This document shows, one piece after another, positions 26,801 to 34,863 of a stretch of DNA of 44,533 nucleotides (the stretch's first letter is position 1; each line of letters begins with the position of its first letter). Source of the stretch: a virus; the IMG/VR virus record IMGVR_UViG_3300014039_000008; one strand, given 5' to 3'. The notes below the pieces were generated by a model that saw only the letters and a list, made by a program, of their open reading frames with translations, was not told the origin of the DNA and ran no database searches. A program made the translations under genes and the position numbers.

Positions 26801-29800
26801 AAAAGCGAGAGGCCGAAAAGCAGCGACGTGCAGAGGCCCGGAAGACGCCGGAAGCGAAGCTACAGCGCCAGATCGACAAGCTGCAGAAGCAGATTGACAT
26901 TGAGCGTGCGGCGCTCCGGCAGGCGAAGCAGGGCGGGACGCTCACCAGCGAGATGGCCGAGCAGAGCGAGGAACGCATCACGGGCCTCCGGCAGGAGATC
27001 CTCGATTACAAAAACGAGCTGCAGGAGAAGAAGACCGCCGCCCGCGAAGAGAAAAAGCGCCAGCAGGATCAGGCAGCCAAAGAGGCGATCCTGAAGGAGA
27101 AGCCCCGTCAGGCCACGAGAGACCTGACGAACGCGCTGATCGAGAGCTTTAACGTCCCGGAGGCAAACCGCACCCAAGCGACGATCCAGATTCGCGAGCT
27201 TGCGGAGCAGGCCTATCAGGAGGGGCAGAAAGGCCCCATCACGAACGAGCTGCGAAACAAGATGCTCGATACGCTGATCGAGCTGGGGACGGAGCGGGAG
27301 ATGCTCGACAACCGGGAAAGCGAGATCAGCCAGCGGCTGCGCGAAAAGTGGATCCAGGTGCCGGACGAGGTACGGACCGCGTTCGGCGAGGAGTGGGCCG
27401 ACATCAAGGAAAGCGCGTATGACAGCGGCATCTATTTTACCTACAAGGACGGATACCGCAGCATCCAGAGCTGGACGGCCGAACTGCAGAAGGAATTTGG
27501 CCAGATGTTTGATACGACCCGCAGCCCGCAGCAGCAGCTGCGCGACATCGTGAATCTGGCGTCGGAAGGCTACGGGAAGCAGATGACCATCGGCGACATG
27601 CTCCGGCAGAATGCGGACGACTACAGCTGGAGCATGCGCGAGAAGGTCGAGGAGCTCGGGAAGGTGCTGGACGACCAGCTGCAGCGGTTTGGTGAAAAGG
27701 CAAACATCGAGGTCAAGCTCGCGGCCCGGTCGGCGAAGTCCCTGCAGGCGCAGCAGCAGTATTTTGAGAACCGGCTGCGCAGCCGGACGGAGCAGCAGAT
27801 GGAGAGCCTCGCAAGAGAGAAGCTCCTCAAGAGCGCAAAGCAGCTGCGCCGCATGGCAAACAAGTCGTCTGCGGAGCAGCGGGCCGCGATCCAGAAAGTC
27901 ATCGGGAACATCGATCTTGTGGCAAGGAGCATCACGCCGGACGGGATCGAAAACCTGCAGGAGCTTGCACTGAGCTACCGGCAAGCAATGGAAGCCATGG
28001 GCGAGAATTTTATCCGCGACAAGGACGTGGAGGACCGGCTGGCAAGGCTGGGCAAAAAGCGCATCGCCGAAATGGATGACATGGACGAGGTGCGGCAGCT
28101 TGCGCAGGACATCACGGCCGTGGCCACACAGATCCGGAATCAGAACCAGATGCTCGCGACTGTGCGCCGCGAAACGGTATCAGAAATGGCCGAGAACGTC
28201 CGCAAGGAAGTGAAGGCCGCGAAGGGCAGCAACGCAGGAAAGGCAAGAGATTTCGTGCTGATGCAGACCGACGCGAAGCGTTTCTTCCTCGAACTCGGCG
28301 GTTGGAAGGAAGACGGCGCGACAGCCGAGCTGCTGCACGGGCTGGAGCGAGGCGAGGAGAAGCGCCGCCTGTACGAAATGCGAGCGCAGGGCCTCTTTAA
28401 CGGGTTCCTCGCGGACAAGGCCAACAAGAAATGGGTCGAGAGCGCGACCGGGAAGGACGCACAGTGGATCACGGTCGACACGCCGCGCGGCGCGTCCGTC
28501 ATCAAGGACGGAACGGCGAGCGCGATCAGCGAGCTGACCATGACCCCGATGATGCGCGTCTCCCTGATCATGCACAGCAAAAACGAGGACAACCTGCGGC
28601 ACATCGCCGAGGGCGGCATGCGCGTGCCGAACCGGGCGCTCTACAAGAAGGGCAACATCTCGGAGGCGTATGCGCGCGGAGACGTTGTGACACTGACGCC
28701 GCAGGCCGTGCGGGACATCGTGCGCGGGGCAACGGCGCAGGAGATCCAATTTGCCGCGATCCTGAGCAAGTATTTTGACGGGCAGGCCAAGAATGCGATT
28801 AACGAGGTATCCATGGTCATGGATGGCTATGAGAAGGCCATGGTCAAGAACTATTTCCCGATCGAGTCCGACCGCGCGTTTACCGTGCAGGACAATGACC
28901 AGGTGCGCAACGACATTTCGCTGACCGGGCTCGGGTTTTTGAAACAGCGTACCGGGAAGGGTGCGAACCCCGTGCTGCTGCAGGATGCCTCGCAGACGTT
29001 CCAGAGGAGCGTGGAATCCGTCAGCAAATACTACGGATTAGCACTGCCGATCCGCGACCTGAACGCCATCATGAACAGCACCTACTATGAGAACGCCGGA
29101 AAGGTGCGGCTTTCGCAGACGGACAAGTTGCTCGGACGCGACCGCAGCAAGGAGGGCGGCGGCGCGATCCGCACGCAGAGCGCAGAAAGCGTGCGGAATG
29201 TGATCGCCGGGAAGTGGGGCAAAAGCTCCATCAACTACATCGAAAAGCTCGTCGGAGACCTCCAGCGCAGCGGGAAGGACATGGACGCGTTCTCCGGGTT
29301 CTTCGGATGGCTGCGCGGGCAGTATGCGAGCGCGGTGATCTCTTTCAACCCGAGCTCGATGCTCAAGCAGTGGGGCAGCTATGCAACGGCCATGGCGTAT
29401 CTCAGCCCCGGCGATCTCGCAGCGGGCCTGCTGCGGGGCATGAAGGGCAAGGTCAGCACAGACACGCTCGGACAGTACAGCTCCGTCTACTGGTACCGCA
29501 ATCAGGGCAACGCGACGCAGGAACTGCACGACCTGACCACGAACGAGGCACTTGTGACAAAGCTGCCGCTTGGCTACAACTGGGCGCAGGCGATGGACAG
29601 CTTTATCACGCGCCGCCTGATGCTGGCATGTGAGCGAAACGTGAGCCGCACAACAGGCCTGACGCCGGGCACGTCCGAGGAGATCAACAGCGGGACGGAT
29701 GCCTACTGGACGAAGGTCGCGACGCTGTTCAACAAAGTTGTGCTGGACACGCAGTCCAACTCGAGCATTCTGGAGCGTGCGGCCGTAGCACGAGCGAATC

Positions 29801-31923
29801 CGAACAACATCAGCCGATTTATGACGATGTTCCGCGCGGACGCTTTCCAGAGTTTCAACCTGCTCCGTGAGGGGCAAGGCAAGTACCAGAGTGCGCGAGA
29901 GGCCTACCTGCAGAACAAGACGGCTGAGAACCGCAGAGCGATGATCGCAGCGCGGAAGCAGCTGGCAAGGTCCGGCGCGGCTGTGATCGCATCGCAGTTT
30001 GTGTCCGCCTCCATCAGCGTCATGATCAATGCGCTGCGGCGGAGAGATGAGCTGTGGGACGAGGACGGCCTGAACTGGGGCGAGGTCATGAAGCAGCTGG
30101 GGCTCGGCATGGTAGAGGGACTCGCGGGCATCTCCATCGCCGGTGAGGAGCTTGTGGGTCTTGTGGAGTCCATCGCCTTTGATGAGACGTGGTACGGGCC
30201 TGACGTCAACGCACTGCAGCTGCTGACCGACACGGCCGAGAGCGCGATCAGCGCGGCGAAGATCCTCAAAAACGGCAAATGGGAGCTTGCGCCCGGTGCG
30301 CTGAAGGATCTGGCGCTGGAGGCATCCACGGTCATGGGCCTGCCGCTCAAAAACGTCGAAAAGTATGTGCAGGTCCTGCCGAGATGGGTCGCGCCGGAGC
30401 TCATGGCAGAGTACGACAACATCTGGGACGAGGTCGACCGGAACGCGCTCTCCAAGTCGTCCGTGCTGGACATCAAGGCGGACATCGGCGTGCTGCTCGA
30501 CAACCGCACCGATGACATGAGCGACGAGGACAAGGAGGAACTGACAAGGCTCTACCTTGCAGGAGGGACCGGAGCGCTCCCGGCAGCCGTGCCGAACTCC
30601 GTCAAGTACAACAACGACAGCGGAGAGGAAGTGACGGTACAGCTCGACTACAGCCAGAAGCAGACGTACAAGAAGGAGTGGAGCAAGATCGTCTCCGGAG
30701 CGATCGGGGCACTGCTGAAGTCTGACCTCTACAACGAGGCGGACGACAAGACCAAGACAAAGATGCTCAATAACCTGTATACCTATGCAAACGGGCTTTC
30801 TGCCGAGAAGGTCGTGCCGGAGAAGGCGGCTGACGGGTGGATCGACGACGCCAGAACGATCAGCGGAGAGGGCGTCAAGATCGCGGATTATATCCAGTGG
30901 CACACGATGCTCAGCGAGATGGATTCCGACGACGCGAGCGGTACCGGCAGGACGGGCCTGAAAAATGCCCGCGCGATGGAGCTGGCGAACGAAAAGGGAT
31001 GGACGTGGGCCGTCCCGTCGGGTGCACCGGACGAGCTCAAATGGATGGAGGACGATACAGAGCAGACACTGCAGCTCACGGATGCGCAGAAGAAGCAGTA
31101 CCGCAAGACATGGACCGGGATCGTATACGGGAGCGTCGGTGACCTGATGCAGTCCGACGAGTACCAGAGCGGGAGCGAGAAGGAGCGCGGCGCGCTCATC
31201 CAGAAGCTGACGTCCTATGCATCCGCGCTGGCGGCCTATGAGATCGAGCCGAAAAAGGAGCCGGACACATGGATCCTCGGCGGGCAGCAGGCCGTGAAAG
31301 ACGGCGTGCCGCTGGACGAGTACATCGTTTTCCGCGCGCTCTACAGCGAACTGGACAGCATCAACGAGGACGGCGACGAGGAGAGCGGTCTGAAAAACAA
31401 GCGGACGCTGGATCTCATCGAGTCCATGGGATGGAGCGACCAGGCAGAGCAGAGCGCCTATATCAACACCGTGGCCTCGGAGAGCAAGGCCGCTGAGGCG
31501 GAGGCACTGCAAAAAGCCGGAATGACGTGGGAGCAGGCGAATGATGTGCTGGCCGTGCCGGGTACGGGTGTTGCAAAGAAAGTGGCTGTCACGGCGACAA
31601 ACGCGAGCGAGGCGGCCAAGGCGAAGGTCCTTGCGAGCTACGACAAGAGCGAGAAGCAGAAGACTGCAAAGCTCGTCATGACCGGCCTGAAATACGGCAT
31701 CCCGATGCGGCGCTACACGGACGTGCTGCAGAACGCAGACGCGGACGGCAGCGGCGGCGTCTCGCAGGAGGAGGCCGGGAAGTACATCGCGACGCTGGGC
31801 CTCAGCGTACAGGAGGCGGCGTACCTCTGGCAGATGGTCACGAACGGGAAGGAAGGCAAGAAAAACCCGTTCTCCAGCTATTTCGGTTCGGAGTTTTACA
31901 GCGCCGCAGGAGCGTTTGACTGA
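20863..31923 (+). CDS. giant multidomain protein (3,686 aa), polyvalent or ejection-protein-like
   Basis: Uninterrupted 11,061-nt ORF with a GAGGAGG RBS. HEDFH at aa 945-949. Hydrophobic G/A/S-rich region, long coiled coil and tandem C-terminal modules. Confidence 0.85.
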   Translation: MPRDAMAEWLAKRNAEKAAQRATPEHGAVRQAQIKVDQILEQAKKTVTELPGVKAGKTAKSSTPVRQEEGRDAMAEWLAARKESKVQQIAEQGMYTVRNAKTLGVAVANTRAEYQKAHKKAARHVAVNTTAPLAMAEAARYQAKFLSGRSVDKVQREYDTTRERAEEYRQKALRLRETGDAQREASSTAAIGKDREDETRFGSSLTRSADQWDKLAQEESSKALELARELGYAKVYQVQELEENAAMDPQFAQKAQARQDILALGAEESRASQSKANVIYGEINGSEYYVTEDPATEKMTETERRTFTYLYNTKGAAAAEEYYNMLNDTLELRRGEDIAAGMGGTAKKTLFSLGMGVRRFGRGIEQLFNDEQLPLYGEDYAENIINASASHGERILYSAANSIGNMLPMVAISAATQGIGGAVGLSAEAAQAAGKAAGVASMFAGAKGNAYTEAMQQGMTKAQASTYSTLVGASEAGLEYLIGGISQFSMGSGIGDFVQEAISGLGRGYARVAFRFAGSLIGGSIDEIIEENTQNYLEPLFINYVTGKEAEMPGWDEFIETTLSTLITTGVMESRNSFVEAKQNIAFTPFEAQLEWVSAAKNVFAEGTDVAEFADVLESRLQAGDPMSYKEFREGIRALGVDEKTMDRIAKGKLTVDEVLTSAENGDKISLKEWQAEQNSTAQQEQSQTQRAETVQTENDNIETAMTAAEQEADRLIAEWNRGENSSYELGQQAQRVMQQLEEEVREGTATDPGSYINRQLQLQEIVRSAPEASTAQQATQNTTERIDNNGRTEILNDSEERNAGLGAGEQAGAVAEGAGGPVAGGAGTQTQNGRADLSGGREAVSAREIGVKGGTTEKNIHVVIPAEIDTTQAADAAIVEKMNRIVTEAAAKGQDVTFVSGALTVESGGRTVRVEGVRQTGDNGRTQIFLQVDGRRDMERIYRHEDFHDAVEAQPGLLQRLADRLMQEYGREEMLRMAIDYAEAYDGIYGEFTEDMTEEQENELAIRYMEEVFADAYAGIRRGQRRIRSAQKTLEASGEIETLRARGQTAQNAQEEQSGKLSIADGLLDKLRRVAENRYRGADEIYIGETSDFLTREIGVDAAKVTMPASKAYAAMVTAEQAKVDNRYDKNINYHGLGAEGMLEILEKSENPVAAFVSKPGEKGSRLNRLVLVTDQEINGGNAVVVEEIEAQGRLKGKKLKVNKVITAYERERAAQDVQDAQIDGRLLYLDKKRSQSLNAGRPGSNSPVAMQSSDFQTNIQNFLADVKWESGEYDKKVSGSGPVESDIAAAFRKSLEKKTSFSVSGDQNGQDGRGKQRFSLSEPVERAGNLIAEHNLTQEKLEKALEIGAFPSPSIAIVQAEQGHTNYGDYSVVFPASTIDPEADSRNRVYGADAWTPTSSNATVEYRVDADAKRAFERSIRDLSGQVADGIFRGDSTLGKAGIEEETTKTSREIAEQIAQYPEVKAAYLADKGENISPVYKDREYDNIGNAALQRYTDNVGAQDLAWIIAQMDMGDAQSVAQAELQRVRQAIGEEYAERFARILDRRPERKAERVSEYAENKMYSSMRAEDFIRHAWEMVQDGGRNSGEADKMAMQDELDRKAPVQDVAAWAEKRLQDVIGEGGIYNNEDRYTSRGDRRSFDQTHWELNAENLVRAMAQAEERGANIMWYDAGGLLAAATPEYRSISEIHADEGRLQTLEQEAYEGKVMKLQQSLDNVVERILQETKHKAYGYQDESQLITEALIKTAQGGDSLQSIREGMAAEEYDIDRATAMRVQELFQQAKEIPTSYFEAKPQRVVSFDEAVALLAPESAPASLMARAEDAGLRVIRYTDDADRIRVANELPGVKFSVQEEQDAGESQKQDTQKDLGEMNRQVQGAEAAMRSDALKAQADAELQEYLKKGKSELAQSISKMSDAALKKQTERVKQAMTAESEGLRINEAAEAVTEGVQKYAESRNQRLGDMLQMIKAEQNKRAAEKREAEKQRRAEARKTPEAKLQRQIDKLQKQIDIERAALRQAKQGGTLTSEMAEQSEERITGLRQEILDYKNELQEKKTAAREEKKRQQDQAAKEAILKEKPRQATRDLTNALIESFNVPEANRTQATIQIRELAEQAYQEGQKGPITNELRNKMLDTLIELGTEREMLDNRESEISQRLREKWIQVPDEVRTAFGEEWADIKESAYDSGIYFTYKDGYRSIQSWTAELQKEFGQMFDTTRSPQQQLRDIVNLASEGYGKQMTIGDMLRQNADDYSWSMREKVEELGKVLDDQLQRFGEKANIEVKLAARSAKSLQAQQQYFENRLRSRTEQQMESLAREKLLKSAKQLRRMANKSSAEQRAAIQKVIGNIDLVARSITPDGIENLQELALSYRQAMEAMGENFIRDKDVEDRLARLGKKRIAEMDDMDEVRQLAQDITAVATQIRNQNQMLATVRRETVSEMAENVRKEVKAAKGSNAGKARDFVLMQTDAKRFFLELGGWKEDGATAELLHGLERGEEKRRLYEMRAQGLFNGFLADKANKKWVESATGKDAQWITVDTPRGASVIKDGTASAISELTMTPMMRVSLIMHSKNEDNLRHIAEGGMRVPNRALYKKGNISEAYARGDVVTLTPQAVRDIVRGATAQEIQFAAILSKYFDGQAKNAINEVSMVMDGYEKAMVKNYFPIESDRAFTVQDNDQVRNDISLTGLGFLKQRTGKGANPVLLQDASQTFQRSVESVSKYYGLALPIRDLNAIMNSTYYENAGKVRLSQTDKLLGRDRSKEGGGAIRTQSAESVRNVIAGKWGKSSINYIEKLVGDLQRSGKDMDAFSGFFGWLRGQYASAVISFNPSSMLKQWGSYATAMAYLSPGDLAAGLLRGMKGKVSTDTLGQYSSVYWYRNQGNATQELHDLTTNEALVTKLPLGYNWAQAMDSFITRRLMLACERNVSRTTGLTPGTSEEINSGTDAYWTKVATLFNKVVLDTQSNSSILERAAVARANPNNISRFMTMFRADAFQSFNLLREGQGKYQSAREAYLQNKTAENRRAMIAARKQLARSGAAVIASQFVSASISVMINALRRRDELWDEDGLNWGEVMKQLGLGMVEGLAGISIAGEELVGLVESIAFDETWYGPDVNALQLLTDTAESAISAAKILKNGKWELAPGALKDLALEASTVMGLPLKNVEKYVQVLPRWVAPELMAEYDNIWDEVDRNALSKSSVLDIKADIGVLLDNRTDDMSDEDKEELTRLYLAGGTGALPAAVPNSVKYNNDSGEEVTVQLDYSQKQTYKKEWSKIVSGAIGALLKSDLYNEADDKTKTKMLNNLYTYANGLSAEKVVPEKAADGWIDDARTISGEGVKIADYIQWHTMLSEMDSDDASGTGRTGLKNARAMELANEKGWTWAVPSGAPDELKWMEDDTEQTLQLTDAQKKQYRKTWTGIVYGSVGDLMQSDEYQSGSEKERGALIQKLTSYASALAAYEIEPKKEPDTWILGGQQAVKDGVPLDEYIVFRALYSELDSINEDGDEESGLKNKRTLDLIESMGWSDQAEQSAYINTVASESKAAEAEALQKAGMTWEQANDVLAVPGTGVAKKVAVTATNASEAAKAKVLASYDKSEKQKTAKLVMTGLKYGIPMRRYTDVLQNADADGSGGVSQEEAGKYIATLGLSVQEAAYLWQMVTNGKEGKKNPFSSYFGSEFYSAAGAFD
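23231..23419 (+). CDS. nested ORF (62 codons) in the +1 frame inside the giant gene
   Basis: ATG 9 nt after GAAAGGA. Hand-counted GC3 is 49/62 (79%) in this frame versus 27/63 (43%) in the giant frame over the same span. The product is K/E/Q-rich and protein-like. Confidence 0.4.
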   Translation: MAERKFLMTARNGMQVWVPESKLEQWQKAQEDQSPEAQERRRKTAERILAAVERLSAQGKSE

Positions 31924-31943
31924 AAACAAAATACCGCACAGCG

Positions 31944-31972
31944 GGGGAGGGCGAAAGCCCTCTCCCATTTTT
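31944..31972 (+). terminator. intrinsic terminator after the giant gene
   Basis: 9-bp G/C stem with one bulge, GAAA loop, followed by ATTTTTA. Confidence 0.7.
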
Positions 31973-31992
31973 ATGCACAGGAGGGGGAACAT

Positions 31993-32292
31993 ATGTCGAA
32001 GGGCAGGATGCAGGCCGGGAGCTGCACGGCAGGGATGCGGCGCGAGGAGGTCGAGGCGCTCATCCGGGCGGCAAATCTCGGGGAGGAGGACAGCTACATC
32101 GCGCGGCGCTGTCTGATCGATCAGGTGGCGCAGCTGGACATTGCGTATGAGATGGAGGACAAATTTGGGCAGGGGATGACGCGGAGCACGGTATCCCGCC
32201 GGATGCAGGGGATCGAGCGGCGGCTGCACACATTGCGCGCACAGACGCGCCGGAAGCGGGCACAGCGCAGGAGCCGAAGCGGTATGATATAG
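31993..32292 (+). CDS. small HTH protein resembling sigma-70 region 4 (99 aa); first gene of the cargo island
   Basis: ATG after AGGAGGGGG. Contains GMTRSTVSRRMQGIERRL and a basic tail. Confidence 0.6.
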   Translation: MSKGRMQAGSCTAGMRREEVEALIRAANLGEEDSYIARRCLIDQVAQLDIAYEMEDKFGQGMTRSTVSRRMQGIERRLHTLRAQTRRKRAQRRSRSGMI

Positions 32293-32317
32293 CCATCAAA
32301 GACAGGAGGCGGAGACA

Positions 32318-32707
32318 ATGGCATATCCATACCAGAACGGATACAATCAGGTGATGCCGCCGGTATACGGCGGGTACGGACAGCAGCCGATGCAGCCGCA
32401 GGGGCCGATGTGCCGGATGGTGTCGAGCCGCGAGGAGGCCAGCTCGACGCCAGTGGACTTTTCCGGCAGCCTGATGGTATTTGCGGACGTCCAAAACAAC
32501 CGCATCTACACCAAGCGCTGGGACGCTGCGGCGGGCGCTGCACGCTTTGGTGAGTACATTCCAGCACCGCCTCCGCAGCCCGCGCAGAGCGGCGCACAGA
32601 GCGCGACAGACCCGGTGCTGACAATGCTGCAGCAGATGCAGGAGCAGCTAAACGGGATCAGCGAGCGGCTTACGGCTGCCGAGAAAAAGGAGGGACCGGC
32701 AGAATGA
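32318..32707 (+). CDS. protein with a Q/P/G/Y-rich N-terminus (129 aa)
   Basis: ATG after AGGAGGCGGAG. Starts MAYPYQNGYNQVMPPVYGGYGQQPMQPQGP. Confidence 0.65.
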   Translation: MAYPYQNGYNQVMPPVYGGYGQQPMQPQGPMCRMVSSREEASSTPVDFSGSLMVFADVQNNRIYTKRWDAAAGAARFGEYIPAPPPQPAQSGAQSATDPVLTMLQQMQEQLNGISERLTAAEKKEGPAE

Positions 32708-32925
32708 ATCCGCTCATGATGATGATCCAGATGGCGCAGCGGGGCCGGAACCCGCTGGGCGCCCTGCAGCAGATGGGCGCAGGTCCGCAGCTCCAGCAGA
32801 TGCAGCAGATGCTGGCGGGCAAAGATTACAACCAGCTCCTCCAGATGGCGGACAACGCCGCGCGGGAGCGCGGTACGACGGTAGAGCAGATGGCACAGCA
32901 GCTGGGGCTGCCCTTCCGCCGATAA
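32704..32925 (+). CDS. Met/Gln-rich small protein (73 aa)
   Basis: ATGA overlap with the upstream stop. Starts MNPLMMMIQMAQRG and contains QLQQMQQMLAG. Confidence 0.6.
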   Translation: MNPLMMMIQMAQRGRNPLGALQQMGAGPQLQQMQQMLAGKDYNQLLQMADNAARERGTTVEQMAQQLGLPFRR

Positions 32926-33026
32926 GCACATCCACTCGGTTTGCGGATCCTGACAAAAGCCGCGCAGCAAGGACTCACCGGGCGCGCGCGGCCCGTGGGA
33001 TCATAAAAACTGAGGAGGATATAACA

Positions 33027-33821
33027 ATGGCAGATGATTTTGGCATGGGGTACGCGCTGGGCGCTGACTCCGGCAACCGCAACAACAACGACATGTTCGG
33101 GTGCGGCGGCTCGTGGTGGATTGTGATTATCCTGTTTGCCCTGATCTTTGGCAACAACTGGGGCAACAACGGAAACAACGGGGCCGGTATGGCGGTGCCG
33201 TATCTCAGCGGCATCGACACGCGGCAGGCAGTCAACGACGGCTTTGTGACGGCAGAGATCCAGAGCGGCATCCGCGGGCTCCAGAACGGCCTGTGCGACG
33301 GTTTCTATGCCATGAACACCGGAATGCTCAACGGACAGATCGCGATGCAGCAGGGCTTTAACGCCACGCAGATGGGCATGATGCAGGGCTTTAACGGCGT
33401 GCAGAGCCAGATCTGCGACCTCGGAGCGAGACAGCAGCAGTGCTGCTGCGAGACGCAGCGCCTGATGGAGCGCGGCTTTGCCGACACCAACTACAACCTC
33501 GCGACGCAGAGCTGCGACATCCGCAACACCATCCAGAGCACGGCCCGCGACGTGATCGACAACGCAAACGCCAACACGCGCAGCATCCTGGACTTTATGG
33601 TCAACGACAAGATCAGCACGCTCCAGCAGGAGAATCAGACGCTCCGTCTGGCCGCCTCGCAGAGCGAGCAGAACGCTGTGCTCAAGGCTGCGATGGACGC
33701 CAACACGGCCGAGCTGATCCGCCGGACCGGCAACTCGACGCCGCAGCCGACGTACCTCGTGCAGAATCCCCATGCGGCGTACTACGGCAACGGCTGCCAG
33801 CAGGGCTACGGCTGCTGCTGA
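33027..33821 (+). CDS. membrane-anchored, Cys-rich coiled-coil protein (264 aa)
   Basis: G/N-rich N-terminus with the TM segment SWWIVIILFALIFG. Contains QQCCCETQ. C-terminus is GCQQGYGCC. RBS GAGGAGG. Confidence 0.7.
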   Translation: MADDFGMGYALGADSGNRNNNDMFGCGGSWWIVIILFALIFGNNWGNNGNNGAGMAVPYLSGIDTRQAVNDGFVTAEIQSGIRGLQNGLCDGFYAMNTGMLNGQIAMQQGFNATQMGMMQGFNGVQSQICDLGARQQQCCCETQRLMERGFADTNYNLATQSCDIRNTIQSTARDVIDNANANTRSILDFMVNDKISTLQQENQTLRLAASQSEQNAVLKAAMDANTAELIRRTGNSTPQPTYLVQNPHAAYYGNGCQQGYGCC

Positions 33822-33875
33822 CGGAATGAGAGATCGGGGCGGCAGCTGCCGCCCCTGAGCAAAGGAGGATATACC

Positions 33876-34262
33876 ATGGCATGCAACAACGTGTGTAAGC
33901 TGTGCCGCCGCCTTGTGATCTCGCAGGCCGTGACGTTTGCGGACGGCGTGCTGACGATCAACCTGCCGGCCGGGAGCTACAACGACGGCGAGAAATACTG
34001 TCTTGTCGTGGCGCAGACGATCCCGACGGCGGCGACCATCACGGCCCAGGTCGTGGTGACGATCGGCAGCGGGACGGTGCAGTATCCGCTGACAAGCAGC
34101 GGCTGCGCGCAGCTGACCGCCTGCGCGATCCGCACGCGGACAAAGTACAGCACGGTGCTCAACACCACCGCGACGGGCGGCAGCTTCCGGCTGCTGGGCC
34201 GCGCGGCCTGCGCGCCGAACAACAACCTGACGAGTGTCAACGGCACGGCACCGACGGCGTAA
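33876..34262 (+). CDS. beta-rich protein with an N-terminal Cys cluster (128 aa, 7 Cys)
   Basis: Starts MACNNVCKLCRR. Further Cys residues in the body. RBS AAAGGAGG. Confidence 0.65.
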   Translation: MACNNVCKLCRRLVISQAVTFADGVLTINLPAGSYNDGEKYCLVVAQTIPTAATITAQVVVTIGSGTVQYPLTSSGCAQLTACAIRTRTKYSTVLNTTATGGSFRLLGRAACAPNNNLTSVNGTAPTA

Positions 34263-34273
34263 GGAGGGACGAT

Positions 34274-34852
34274 ATGGACGCCAGGACAAAAATGATGTTC
34301 TACCGCCGCGGGAGCGGCGAGGAGGAACGCAGAGACCGGCCGGAGGGCCGATTCCGCGACGGGCGCGGACGCGAGCGCTACAATGACGGCCGCTATGCAC
34401 CGCGCAGCGACGGAGACTATGATCGCCGATACCGCGACGAGCCGATGGGCCGCCGGTACAACATCGAGCCGAGAGGCGGCGGACGCAGCCGCGAGCCGGG
34501 GCGCCGAGAGATGGGGCATATCGGATTCGAGCAGCAGCAGGACGATGACGACCGTCTGTCGTGGGAGGAGGCCGAGCAGTGGGTCGGCGGCATGAAAAAC
34601 GCCGACGGAACGGTCGGCGCGAAGTGGGCACCGGACCATGTGCTCAAGATGATGCACGAGCGCGGCATTGCCTGCGACCCGATCGAATTCTGGTGCGCAA
34701 TGAATGCGGTGTACAGCGATTTTTGCGAGGTACTCATGGACCACGGCTGCACCGGGACGGACCTCTACCTCGACCTCGCTAAGGCGTGGCTCGAGGACAA
34801 GGACGCCGTGCCGGACAAGGCACGCGTGTATTACGAGTGCATCGTGGAGTGA
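34274..34852 (+). CDS. protein with an R/D/E/G-rich disordered N-terminal half and a Cys-containing globular C-terminal half (192 aa)
   Basis: ATG 34274 after AAGGAGGG, in the frame of track ORF 33902..34852. Confidence 0.65.
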   Translation: MDARTKMMFYRRGSGEEERRDRPEGRFRDGRGRERYNDGRYAPRSDGDYDRRYRDEPMGRRYNIEPRGGGRSREPGRREMGHIGFEQQQDDDDRLSWEEAEQWVGGMKNADGTVGAKWAPDHVLKMMHERGIACDPIEFWCAMNAVYSDFCEVLMDHGCTGTDLYLDLAKAWLEDKDAVPDKARVYYECIVE

Positions 34853-34863
34853 CACAAAAACAA

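Noticed and set aside
20863-31923. Giant ORF as an N4-like virion RNA polymerase or a tape-measure protein.
   Set aside because: I could find no recognisable polymerase motif by eye, neither T7-like nor double-psi-barrel DxDGD. As a tape measure, 3,686 aa would imply an implausibly long tail, and no tube gene exists. This is left open for HMM testing.
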